From the NCBI GenBank assembly GCA_022843285.1, contig JALHNY010000006.1, positions 1 to 52,014 of the forward strand: a stretch of DNA of 52,014 nt, written 5' to 3'. Under the pieces are notes generated by a model that searched no databases, was not told the DNA's origin, and saw only the letters and a program-made list of their open reading frames with translations. Numbering within the stretch: the stretch's first letter is position 1; each line of letters starts with the position of its first letter. A program made the position numbers and the translations under genes. This stretch comes from Minisyncoccota bacterium (GTDB lineage Bacteria > Patescibacteriota > Minisyncoccia > UBA6257 > 2-01-FULL-56-20). Below, one piece after another: positions 17,511 through 25,697 of this stretch.

Positions 17511-18005
17511 TTACGACTGCTGCGACTTCTGCTGCAGGATGTACAGGAACGAGCGGACCGGCGCCTGGAGCATGCCCATGAACTGGGCGAGCACCACCTC
17601 GCGCGGCGGCAGCGTTCCGATGAAGAGAACCGTGGACTTCTCGACCGGAGCCTTGGCTGCGAAATCGTAGCCGCCGAGAACCTTCTCGTTCTCGAGCTTG
17701 AGCTCCTTGAAGAACTTCACGACCGGACCGCTGATGCCCTCCACGCCGCTCGGCGCGAAGACGGCACCAACCGTTCCGTCGTAGTCCCCCGGCTCGAAGG
17801 GCATGCCCGAGTCGCGCATGGCGACGCCGAGCAGGCGCTTCTTGCAGACGACCATGCGGCCACCCTCCGCGCGGATTGCGCGGCGCAGCTTCATGAGCTG
17901 CGCGACCGTCACGCTCTGCACGTCGGCGAAGACTGCCCCACCGCCCTCGGCGATGAGCGCCTTGGCCTCCTCAATTGCTTCCTGCTTCTGTGCTTTTGTC
18001 TTCAT
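17511..18005 (-). CDS. rplJ: 50S ribosomal protein uL10
   Basis: LRRAIR..VCKKRLL, IGTLPPREVVLAQFMGMLQAP; precedes rplL; start moved to MKTKAQK. Confidence 0.93.
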   Translation of the reverse strand: MKTKAQKQEAIEEAKALIAEGGGAVFADVQSVTVAQLMKLRRAIRAEGGRMVVCKKRLLGVAMRDSGMPFEPGDYDGTVGAVFAPSGVEGISGPVVKFFKELKLENEKVLGGYDFAAKAPVEKSTVLFIGTLPPREVVLAQFMGMLQAPVRSFLYILQQKSQQS

Positions 18006-18041
18006 GAAATCGTGTTTTCGTGTGGTATCGACCTTGGTATG

Positions 18042-18125
18042 AAAAACCCGCGACAACGCGGGAGGGCGGCAGGGAACCTGCTCACTCCTCGGCAGGGCTT
18101 ACGGGGTGCCTGCGGTCATCGGATT
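18042..18125 (-). promoter_or_regulatory. L10 leader cis-regulatory RNA with intrinsic attenuator
   Basis: GACCGCAGG...CCTGCCGAGG core matches the L10-leader pattern; followed by CCCGCG-TTGT-CGCGGG-TTTTT (18062-18042). Confidence 0.8.
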
Positions 18126-18133
18126 TCGTGACC

Positions 18134-18162
18134 ATACTAGCCCAGGCCTCCCCAGATATCAA
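18134..18162 (-). promoter_or_regulatory. rplJL promoter, TTGATA-N17-TAGTAT
   Basis: Correctly spaced hexamers just upstream of the L10 leader, overlapping the SDR stop. Confidence 0.7.
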
Positions 18163-18938
18163 CGGGGCCCCTGGGCTCGGCTCACCAGCCTGGCGACCCA
18201 GGACCGGGGCAGGAACCTGATCCCGAATGCGATGGCCTTCGCCCTGACCCCCGGAATGGCAACCCGCTTCCCGCGCATGAGCGCCCGGTACCCGTGCTCC
18301 GCAACTTTCTTCGCCGAGTAGAGCTTGCGGCCCGCTACCAGCTTAGATCGTTCCATGCCCGAAGACTTCATGAACGGCGTCGCGGTGGGGCCCGGGCACA
18401 GCGCCGTCACGGTCACGCCGTGGGGAGCGAGCTCCACGGAGAGCGCCTCGGACATGGACAGCACGTGGGCCTTCGTCGCGTAGTACCCGGCCATCCACGG
18501 CCCCGGCATGAACCCCGCGAGCGAGGCGACGTTCAGCACCTTTCCCCTGCCCCTGTCCGCCATCTGCGCTCCGATCATGCGCGCGAGCATCGTCGGCACC
18601 ATGACGTTCGTGCGGACCATCGCGCGCAGCTTTTCGGGGTCAGCATCGATAAAGCTGCCGTACATGCCAATCCCGGCGTTGTTCACGAAGACGTCCACCA
18701 CGACGCCCTGCTCGCGCAGCGCGTCGACCAGGGCCTCGGGCGCGCCGGGCATCGCGAGATCCAGCGGCAGCACCGTCACGACGATGCCGTACGCCGCGGT
18801 GAGGGCATCGCGCACGGCGCCGAGGCGATCCACGTTCCGCGCCACGAGCACCAGGTTGTACCCGCGCTTCGCAAAAACGCCGGCCAGCTCCATGCCAATC
18901 CCCGAGGAGCCTCCGGTGATGAGAACGGTTTCTTGCAT
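18159..18938 (-). CDS. Short-chain dehydrogenase/reductase
   Basis: TGGSSGIG, VNNAG and YYATK (YxxxK); start moved to MQETV. Confidence 0.93.
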   Translation of the reverse strand: MQETVLITGGSSGIGMELAGVFAKRGYNLVLVARNVDRLGAVRDALTAAYGIVVTVLPLDLAMPGAPEALVDALREQGVVVDVFVNNAGIGMYGSFIDADPEKLRAMVRTNVMVPTMLARMIGAQMADRGRGKVLNVASLAGFMPGPWMAGYYATKAHVLSMSEALSVELAPHGVTVTALCPGPTATPFMKSSGMERSKLVAGRKLYSAKKVAEHGYRALMRGKRVAIPGVRAKAIAFGIRFLPRSWVARLVSRAQGPR

Positions 18939-18942
18939 GGGC

Positions 18943-19485
18943 CTAGCTCTTGCGCACCTGCGCGTGCGCGAGGAGCGCACCGACGAAGGCGAACCCCGTG
19001 AGGGACATCACCGGAATGGTCAGGTACCCGAACTCGTACACGAATCGCTGGTCGCACGAGACCACGCCGGGCCCGGGCGCCGGGCACGGGATGAGGGACG
19101 ATCCCCCGGACTGCAGCCACACGTGGTTGAGCGCGATGAGCCCACCCACGCCCGCCAGCACGAGGGCGTACGGGATGATGCCGCGGTCTTTCTTCCACGC
19201 GGCGATGCCCAGGACGAACGCGAGCGGAATCATGAAGGCGCGCTGGTACCAGCAGAGCGTGCACGGCGGCCAGCCAATGACGTCAGAAAAGACGAAGCTC
19301 GCTATGACCGCTCCCGCGCTCACCAGGAACGCGAGCGTGAGCCCGTGCCTGTGAATCCAGCTGGTGAAGCTGTCTCGCGAGCGGTTGCGGTAGTCGCGGA
19401 GCAGGAGCAGCGCGAGGACGACGGTGGCGATCTGCCCGAAGACTACCGCGATGCTCGTGAGCGTGGAAAAAGTCTGCGGGTCCAT
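18943..19485 (-). CDS. dsbB: Disulfide bond formation protein B (DsbB/BdbC family)
   Basis: PCTLCWYQR, four TM segments, second Cys pair, YLTIPVMSL. Confidence 0.9.
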   Translation of the reverse strand: MDPQTFSTLTSIAVVFGQIATVVLALLLLRDYRNRSRDSFTSWIHRHGLTLAFLVSAGAVIASFVFSDVIGWPPCTLCWYQRAFMIPLAFVLGIAAWKKDRGIIPYALVLAGVGGLIALNHVWLQSGGSSLIPCPAPGPGVVSCDQRFVYEFGYLTIPVMSLTGFAFVGALLAHAQVRKS

Positions 19486-19488
19486 GGC

Positions 19489-19893
19489 TCAGCTGTCAGC
19501 GGGAATCGTGCACCCGGTCTTCTCGGCGAGCTGCTCGAGGGACATCGTGCCCGTCTGGCTGCTGCCGTCCGCGAAGTACCACGTCGGGTACGACTTCACG
19601 CCCTTGTCGATGCACGCCTGCGTCTGCGTCTTTCCGTCCGGCTGCGAGCACTCCACGTACGGGAGCAGGCGCGACGAGCGCGCGAAGAGAGCCTTCTGCG
19701 CCTGGCAGTGCGGGCACCAGAACGCGCCGTAGAAGGTGGCACCCTTCTCGCCGAGGCAGGACGCGAAGCTATCGAGCTTCGTGCTCTGCTGGTTCAACGC
19801 CAGGAGCCCCCACCCCAGGAGGGCGGCCGCCACGATGCCGATGGCGATGTACAGGTACTTGTATGAGGTCTTCTTGGCGGTCTGGTACTTCAT
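19489..19893 (-). CDS. Membrane-anchored thioredoxin-like protein (CPHC)
   Basis: FYGAFWCPHCQAQKALF, YVECS and SYPTW motifs; N-terminal TM. Confidence 0.85.
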   Translation of the reverse strand: MKYQTAKKTSYKYLYIAIGIVAAALLGWGLLALNQQSTKLDSFASCLGEKGATFYGAFWCPHCQAQKALFARSSRLLPYVECSQPDGKTQTQACIDKGVKSYPTWYFADGSSQTGTMSLEQLAEKTGCTIPADS

Positions 19894-19911
19894 GGGACCC
19901 AGTGTAGCAGA

Positions 19912-20535
19912 TTAGCCTTCCGCCAAAATGGACTCGACTTCGTCCATGATTTCGTTCCACTTGCGCTCCGCGCGGCGGCGGGCGGCTAGGCCCGGCAGGT
20001 TCTCCTCGTGGAAGCGCACCGAGGCCTTCCCGCTGGCGGACGGCACGACGCTCATCTGGAACGTGCGCTGCGGCACCCCGGGCTCCACCACGGCAATCCT
20101 CACACGGATGCCGGGTGTCAGGCCTCGCACCTCCACCTTCTTGCCGTGCAGCTGCTGCTTCGCACCCTTCACGAGCTCGAGCTCGGTGCCGTCCCCGGCC
20201 CAGGCCTCGAGGCCGATGCCCGCCGTGAGGAGGCTCCAGGCGCGCTCGGGTGAGACGGAGAACGTGCGCGAGATGCCGAACTCGAACCCCGCTCCCGACG
20301 TCTGCCCGAGCAGGCGGAGCCCGCGGGCGCGCTCGTAGTTAACCGTGATCGCCTGCTGCCACCAGCTAGCCTCGACGCCGTGGCGGCGCAAGAAGCCCAC
20401 GCGCTCTCTGTGGCTCCAGAGCTCGGCGTGCTCACCGTCGAGCATCGCGTACCACTCCGCGCTGGTCTTCCCAGTTGCGCGGACGGTTGCCTCGTCGCTG
20501 ATGCGAGTGGCCTGTTTGGTTGGGCGCTTAGCCAT
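19912..20535 (-). CDS. SRPBCC/AHSA1-like domain protein with small helical N-domain
   Basis: ATGKTSAEWYAMLD, WWQQAITVNYE, ISRTFSVSPERAW and VRFHEENL; start moved downstream of tRNA-Trp. Confidence 0.7.
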   Translation of the reverse strand: MAKRPTKQATRISDEATVRATGKTSAEWYAMLDGEHAELWSHRERVGFLRRHGVEASWWQQAITVNYERARGLRLLGQTSGAGFEFGISRTFSVSPERAWSLLTAGIGLEAWAGDGTELELVKGAKQQLHGKKVEVRGLTPGIRVRIAVVEPGVPQRTFQMSVVPSASGKASVRFHEENLPGLAARRRAERKWNEIMDEVESILAEG

Positions 20536-20547
20536 GTCAGTTGTGTT

Positions 20548-20621
20548 TGGCGGGGGCACAAGGAATCGAACCCTGATCGACGCTTTTGGAGAGCGTTGTC
20601 CTACCGTTGAACGATACCCCC
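20548..20621 (-). tRNA. tRNA-Trp(CCA)
   Basis: Acceptor GGGGGTA/TGCCCCC, G73, encoded CCA; anticodon arm ACGCT-CTCCAAA-AGCGT. Confidence 0.95.
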
Positions 20622-20637
20622 TACGACCACCCTAAGC

Positions 20638-20820
20638 TTAACGCTTTCCGGTGATCTTTACCTCCTTGTGCACCGTGTGGGTGCGGTCCCACGGACAGAA
20701 CTTCGAGAGCTCAATCTTGCGGGTGACCTTCTTCTTGTTGCGGTGCGTGTAGTAGTTACGGCGCTTGCAGTCCGCGCAACGGAGGCCGATGAGGTTGTCT
20801 GCGTATTTGACCTTTGCCAT
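20638..20820 (-). CDS. rpmG: 50S ribosomal protein bL33
   Basis: LRCADCKRRNYYT..KIELSKFCPWDRTHTVHKE; lies between tRNA-Thr and tRNA-Trp. Confidence 0.95.
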   Translation of the reverse strand: MAKVKYADNLIGLRCADCKRRNYYTHRNKKKVTRKIELSKFCPWDRTHTVHKEVKITGKR

Positions 20821-20848
20821 GTGAGTGAGTGTTGAGTGTTTATGCCTG

Positions 20849-20921
20849 AGCCGATGACAGGATTCGAACCTGCGGCCTTTTCCTTACCATGGAAATGCTC
20901 TACCAGCTGAGCTACATCGGC
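20849..20921 (-). tRNA. tRNA-Thr(GGT)
   Basis: Acceptor GCCGATG/CATCGGC; anticodon arm TTTCC-ATGGTAA-GGAAA; CCA not encoded. Confidence 0.95.
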
Positions 20922-20947
20922 AGCTTACGTCAGAGCTAAGCCGGCAA

Positions 20948-20976
20948 TTTATAGCAATTTCAGGGTTTTTGCGCAA
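20948..20976 (-). promoter_or_regulatory. Promoter TTGCGC-N17-TATAAA (extended TG) for tRNA-Thr(GGT)-rpmG-tRNA-Trp
   Basis: Overlaps the 3' end of the LAGLIDADG-like gene. Confidence 0.65.
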
Positions 20977-21637
20977 TAGCCCCTGTTCCAGCCTGTCTCT
21001 GGTAGAGAAGCTCAGCGGGCTCTCCAAATTCACTCGCCTGCCGCTCCAGGCAGGCGAGCATGAGATTCCTGAGTCTCACGTTATGGTAGGAAACCGTCGC
21101 CACCCCGTAGCGGCTCCGATGCCGGTACGTCCCCTGACCACGCCGCTCGGTTACGAAGGTCTTATAAAACTGCGCGGCGGGTACACCCAACTGAGTCTCC
21201 CAAAACCTCTCCACGCTTTCTGATTCTAAATCGGGAAAAATCTGCAACTGCACCCTTGCCAGTGATCGGCTCACGCCAAAAAATTTTTCTACAAACTTCA
21301 TGAAACTCTTCAAGAGCCTGGGGTCAGAATTCCCCAAGCGAACAGCGTTGGGGTTTGCCTTATTGCCCTCTCCCCAATAGAGCCCCAGCCCTAAACCGAA
21401 CAACCGACAATCTTCCGCACTCTCTGGTTGAGTAAACTTGAACGGATCCCCACCTGGGTTATGCCGGACGTACACAGCCTCTCCAATATTGCGCTTCACC
21501 ACACCCATACCCTTGAGCCTGTGGTTAATCCCCTGTGCGGAGCATCCGGCTCTCTCTGCAATCTGTGCAGCAGAAAGTTGCTCGCCCACGTACATTGAAC
21601 GAATGGATTCGTCTGAAAGCTTGATACGATTCGCCAC
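20960..21637 (-). CDS. HTH + single-motif LAGLIDADG-like endonuclease-fold protein
   Basis: LSAAQIAERAGCS (HTH); FGLGLGLYWGEGNK..LGNSDPRLLKSF..FWETQLGVP; lower GC than neighbours. Confidence 0.7.
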   Translation of the reverse strand: MANRIKLSDESIRSMYVGEQLSAAQIAERAGCSAQGINHRLKGMGVVKRNIGEAVYVRHNPGGDPFKFTQPESAEDCRLFGLGLGLYWGEGNKANPNAVRLGNSDPRLLKSFMKFVEKFFGVSRSLARVQLQIFPDLESESVERFWETQLGVPAAQFYKTFVTERRGQGTYRHRSRYGVATVSYHNVRLRNLMLACLERQASEFGEPAELLYQRQAGTGAIAQKP

Positions 21638-21684
21638 GCCTCACCCTAGCAAGCGAGCCATCAAGAATCCGTCAAAATGCTGTG

Positions 21685-21757
21685 AGCCGGAGACAGGATT
21701 CGAACCCGCGACCTGCTGTTTACAAAACAGCTGCTCTACCAGCTGAGCTACTCCGGC
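21685..21757 (-). tRNA. tRNA-Thr(TGT)
   Basis: Acceptor GCCGGAG/CTCCGGC; anticodon arm GCTGT-TTTGTAA-ACAGC; CCA not encoded. Confidence 0.95.
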
Positions 21758-21903
21758 GCGCCCTGCCGTTCCTCACGTTGACAGGGACGCGCAGAGGGTA
21801 GCACGCCGGGCCGAGGGCTGGAAAACAGCCCCGAGCCAGCCACCTCACGGATGCCCCACCCTGGCAAGTTCCCTCCCCGCCCCGGACGTTTTACACTAGC
21901 CCC

Positions 21904-24900
21904 ATGGGTCGCCGCTTCGTCCACCTCCACGCGCACTCGCACTACTCGCTGCTGGACGGACTCGGCAAAATTCCGAACCTGGTGAGCCAGGCCAAAGAGC
22001 TCGGCATGGACGCCCTCGCCATCACGGATCACGGCGTCCTGTACGGCGCGGTCGAGTTCTACGAGGAGGCGAAGAAGGCGGGCATCAAGCCCATTCTGGG
22101 CATCGAGGCGTACATCGCCCCGAAGCACCGCACGGACAAGGTGCCCGGTGAGAAGTACCACCACCTCGTCCTGCTAGCCGAGACGTACGAGGGCTGGCAG
22201 AACCTCGTGAAGCTCTCCTCGCGCGCGCACCTCGAGGGCTACTACTACAAGCCTCGCCTGGACCGCGAGCTCCTGCGCGAGCACCGCGGCGGCATCATCG
22301 CGCTCTCCGCGTGCATCGGCGGCGAGGTGAACACCGCGCTCCTGCAGGGCCGCTACGACGACGCGGAGCGCATCGCGCGCGAGTACGAGGAGATTTTCGG
22401 GAGCGGCAACTTCTTCCTCGAGATCCAGCACCACCCCGGCATCCCCGAGGCGAACGTTGTGCGCGAGCGCGCCATCGAGCTGTCCCGGAAGCTCGGCATC
22501 CCCCTCGTCGCGACGGGCGACCTGCACTACGTGAAGAAGGAGGACGCGCCGTACCACGACGTGCTCCTCGCGGTGCAGACGGGGGCCACCGTGGACGACG
22601 CCAACCGCATGCGCATGACCGACGCGGACTTCTCCATGGCATCGCCCGAGGAGATGGCAGAGCGGTTCGCCGACGTCCCCGAAGCCGTGGACAACGCAGC
22701 GGCAATCGGAGACCGCTGCAACGTGGAGCTGCCGCTCGGCACCCCGCTCCTCCCCAAGTTCAAGACCCCGAACGGCGAGTCTTCCAACGAGTACCTGGGC
22801 CAGCTCCTCGCGGAGAAGCTCCCCTCCCGCTACCCGGGCCGCGAGCACGATGACGACGTCCTCGAGCGCCTCAGCTACGAGCTCTCCGTCATCGAGCGCA
22901 CGGGCTTCGCGGACTACTTCCTCATCGTGTCCGACCTCGTGAACTGGTCCCGCGAGCGGGGCATTGCCGTCGGCCCGGGCCGCGGCTCCGCGGCTGGGTC
23001 ACTCGTCTCGTACGTGCTCGGCATCACCGGCGTCGACCCCCTCCGCTGGGACCTCCTGTTCGAGCGCTTCCTCAACCCCGAGCGCATCGAGATGCCCGAC
23101 ATCGACCTGGACTTCGCCGACACCCGCCGGGACGAGGTCCTGGACTACGCGCGCCGCACGTACGGCGCGGACCACGTCGCGCAGATCATCACGTTCGGCA
23201 CCATGGCGGCGCGCGCCGCCGTCCGCGACGCGGGACGCGCCATGGGCATTCCCCTGCCACTCTGCGACCAGATCGCCAAGCTCATTCCGGGCGGCCCGAA
23301 GGGGCTCGACGTCGCCACCGCGCGCAAGCAGATTTCCGAGCTCCAGGAGCTCGAGGCGAGCAACCCCGACGCCAAGAGGCTGCTCGACGTTGCCGAGCAC
23401 CTCGAGGGCGTCGCGCGGCACGCGTCCGTCCACGCGTGCGGCACGGTGATCTCGGACCGGCCGCTCACGGACATCGTGCCCGTGCAGCTCGCGCCGCAGA
23501 ACCGTGAGGTCACCATCACCCAGATGGACATGATCGACGTCGAGAAGCTGGGCCTCCTCAAGGTGGACCTCCTCGGCCTCTCCAACCTCACCATCATCGA
23601 GGAGACGAAGAAGCTCATCCGCGAGCTCCGCGGCGAGGAGATAGACATGGACAACGTCCCCCTCGACGACGAGCCCACCTTCGAGCTCTTCCGCAAGGGG
23701 GACACCGCCGGTTTCTTCCAGTTTGAATCTGGCGGCATGCGCAAGGTGCTCAGGGAGCTCCAGCCCACCGTCTTTGACGACCTCGTCGCCGTCGTGGCGC
23801 TCTTCCGCCCCGGACCGATGGACCTGATCCCGAGCTTCATCGCCCGCAAGAACGGCACCGAGCCGGTGACGTACCTGCACCCCCGGCTCGAGCCGATCCT
23901 CAAGAACACGTACGGCATCGGCGTGTACCAGGAGCAGATGATGCGCATCGCCACGGACCTCGCCGGGTACACGCTCCCGGAGGCAGACAAGCTGCGCAAG
24001 GCAATCGGCAAGAAGATCAAATCCCTCCTGGACCAGCAGCAGGAGAAGCTCGTGAAGGGCATGGTCGCGAGCGGCATAGACCAGCGGACGGCCAACGCCA
24101 TCTGGGAGCTGTTCCCGCCCTTCGCCCGGTACGGCTTCAACAAGAGCCACGCCGTCTGCTACGCGCTCATCGGCTACCAGACCGCGTACCTCCGCGCCCA
24201 CTACCCCATCGAGTTCATGACCGCGCTCTTCAACGCGAGCCGCGGAGACGTGGAGCGCATCGCCATGCTCGCGCACGAGGCGAGCTCGGCGGGCATCTCG
24301 CTCCTCCCGCCGGACATCAACCGCAGCGGCGCCTGGTTCCTCCCCGAGGACGGCAACGTGCGGTTCGGGCTCTCCGCTATCAAGAACGTCGGGGCGGGCA
24401 TCACCGAGGCAATCGTGGCGGAGCGCGCGGCGCGCGGCCCCTTCGTGACGCTCGAGGACTTCATCGAGCGCACCTGCCAGCACAAGGACTTCAACCGCCG
24501 CTCGCTCGAGAGCCTCGCCAAGGCGGGCGCCCTGGACTACTTCGGACCCAGCCGCGGCACCGTGGTGGGCAACCTGGACACGCTCATCCAGTGCGGCTCC
24601 TCGCACCGCAAGCGCACCGAGATGCACCGCACCTCCCTCTTCGGTGCGCTCTCGGATAGCGCACCCCGCGTCCAGCTCACGCTCGTAGAGGTGCCCGACG
24701 CGGACCCCCGCGAGAAGCTCACCTGGGAGAAGGAGCTCGTGGGCATGTACCTCTCCAGCCACCCGCTCGCGGAGCACACCGAGCTCGCCGCCAAGATTGG
24801 CGCCATCACCATTGCGAACGCCCGCGAAAAGACGCCCGAGAGCAAGGTGCGCATCATGGGCATGATCAGCCGCGTGCAGAACATCGTCACGAAAAACGGC

Positions 24901-25089
24901 GACCCCATGGCGTTCGCCGTGGTGGAGGATCTCTCCCCGGACCCGGTCGAGGTGGTCGTGTTCAGCCGCGTGTTCGAGGAGACGCGCCACGTGTGGGTCC
25001 AGGACCAGATCATCGCCATCGAGGGGCGCATCAGCCACCGCAACGACGAGGTCAAGCTCATCGCGGACAAGGCGAAAGTGCTCGCGTAG
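21904..25089 (+). CDS. dnaE: DNA polymerase III alpha subunit
   Basis: PHP motif HLHAHSHYSLLDG; GPGRGSAAGSLV, PDIDLD, LLKVDLLGL and YGFNKSHA; C-terminal OB fold. Confidence 0.98.
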   Translation: MGRRFVHLHAHSHYSLLDGLGKIPNLVSQAKELGMDALAITDHGVLYGAVEFYEEAKKAGIKPILGIEAYIAPKHRTDKVPGEKYHHLVLLAETYEGWQNLVKLSSRAHLEGYYYKPRLDRELLREHRGGIIALSACIGGEVNTALLQGRYDDAERIAREYEEIFGSGNFFLEIQHHPGIPEANVVRERAIELSRKLGIPLVATGDLHYVKKEDAPYHDVLLAVQTGATVDDANRMRMTDADFSMASPEEMAERFADVPEAVDNAAAIGDRCNVELPLGTPLLPKFKTPNGESSNEYLGQLLAEKLPSRYPGREHDDDVLERLSYELSVIERTGFADYFLIVSDLVNWSRERGIAVGPGRGSAAGSLVSYVLGITGVDPLRWDLLFERFLNPERIEMPDIDLDFADTRRDEVLDYARRTYGADHVAQIITFGTMAARAAVRDAGRAMGIPLPLCDQIAKLIPGGPKGLDVATARKQISELQELEASNPDAKRLLDVAEHLEGVARHASVHACGTVISDRPLTDIVPVQLAPQNREVTITQMDMIDVEKLGLLKVDLLGLSNLTIIEETKKLIRELRGEEIDMDNVPLDDEPTFELFRKGDTAGFFQFESGGMRKVLRELQPTVFDDLVAVVALFRPGPMDLIPSFIARKNGTEPVTYLHPRLEPILKNTYGIGVYQEQMMRIATDLAGYTLPEADKLRKAIGKKIKSLLDQQQEKLVKGMVASGIDQRTANAIWELFPPFARYGFNKSHAVCYALIGYQTAYLRAHYPIEFMTALFNASRGDVERIAMLAHEASSAGISLLPPDINRSGAWFLPEDGNVRFGLSAIKNVGAGITEAIVAERAARGPFVTLEDFIERTCQHKDFNRRSLESLAKAGALDYFGPSRGTVVGNLDTLIQCGSSHRKRTEMHRTSLFGALSDSAPRVQLTLVEVPDADPREKLTWEKELVGMYLSSHPLAEHTELAAKIGAITIANAREKTPESKVRIMGMISRVQNIVTKNGDPMAFAVVEDLSPDPVEVVVFSRVFEETRHVWVQDQIIAIEGRISHRNDEVKLIADKAKVLA

Positions 25090-25090
25090 C

Positions 25091-25130
25091 AAAAGGGCGG
25101 ACACAGCGGTCCGCCCTCTCTTTTTTTTTT
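25091..25130. terminator. Bidirectional intrinsic terminator
   Basis: AAAA-GGGCGGAC-6 nt-GTCCGCCC-TCTC-T10 between convergent genes. Confidence 0.85.
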
Positions 25131-25140
25131 GCTCGCCCGG

Positions 25141-25629
25141 TCACGCTGCGAGCTTCACCTCTTCTGCCGCACCGGAATCCGGTGGCGGCTTTGGTCTGAA
25201 CGCGTCTATGGGGATGGGCTCCCTCTCGTCAGGGTCGGAGCCATCGTCTGATGGGTCTCCCCTGAACTGATCCCTGAACCACATCACCCAGTGCGCAAAG
25301 TTCAGCGCCGCGGTGCCGAGCAACCCCCACCAGAGCACGGCGCGCAGCCACTCCCAAACCGGCAGGTCCTCCAAGTAGTACAGGGAGACAGCCGAGAAAC
25401 CGGCGTAGGTGCCGTAGAAGAACAGGCTCACCACGAGCTTGAACGTCGTCATGCTCTGAGCGATGCTCGCGCTCCACTGCTCAGCAGGCTTCGTGCAGAA
25501 AACGCTGAGCAGCCAGAGGACGGTGAGCAGAGCCCACACCCTCACATTGAAATACGACAGGGATAAAAACCCGTACGCGGTAAACACGAGGCTCACAGCG
25601 CCGAGCCCGTTAACGATTTTCTGTACCAC
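25141..25629 (-). CDS. Hypothetical multi-TM membrane protein
   Basis: About four hydrophobic segments and an acidic tail; GTG preceded by GGGAGGT at 6 nt. Confidence 0.7.
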   Translation of the reverse strand: MVQKIVNGLGAVSLVFTAYGFLSLSYFNVRVWALLTVLWLLSVFCTKPAEQWSASIAQSMTTFKLVVSLFFYGTYAGFSAVSLYYLEDLPVWEWLRAVLWWGLLGTAALNFAHWVMWFRDQFRGDPSDDGSDPDEREPIPIDAFRPKPPPDSGAAEEVKLAA

Positions 25630-25669
25630 CTAGATACCTCCCGAGAAAAGAATTTGAATAGCTGGGCTA

Positions 25670-25697
25670 CTTATACCACGAACTCAGTTACTGGCAA
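25670..25697 (-). promoter_or_regulatory. Promoter TTGCCA-N16-TATAAG (TGG before -10)
   Basis: The -35 begins at the first base after the lysS stop codon. Confidence 0.6.

Noticed and set aside
21778-21804. Plus-strand TTGACA upstream of dnaE as its -35
   Set aside because: Only a weak TAGCAC follows, at 15 nt; the TACACT at 21892 is the better candidate.
21904-25089. Intein or intron in dnaE (also checked fusA, tuf, recG)
   Set aside because: Lengths are normal, motifs are contiguous, and there are no splice-junction signatures.
22999-25104. 701-aa antisense ORF over dnaE, and similar long shadow ORFs (47713-49821, 161-1519, 18508-19866, 43868-44953)
   Set aside because: Stop-poor reverse frames are expected opposite genes with strong G/C third positions; the translations are R/A/G/V-rich with no motifs.
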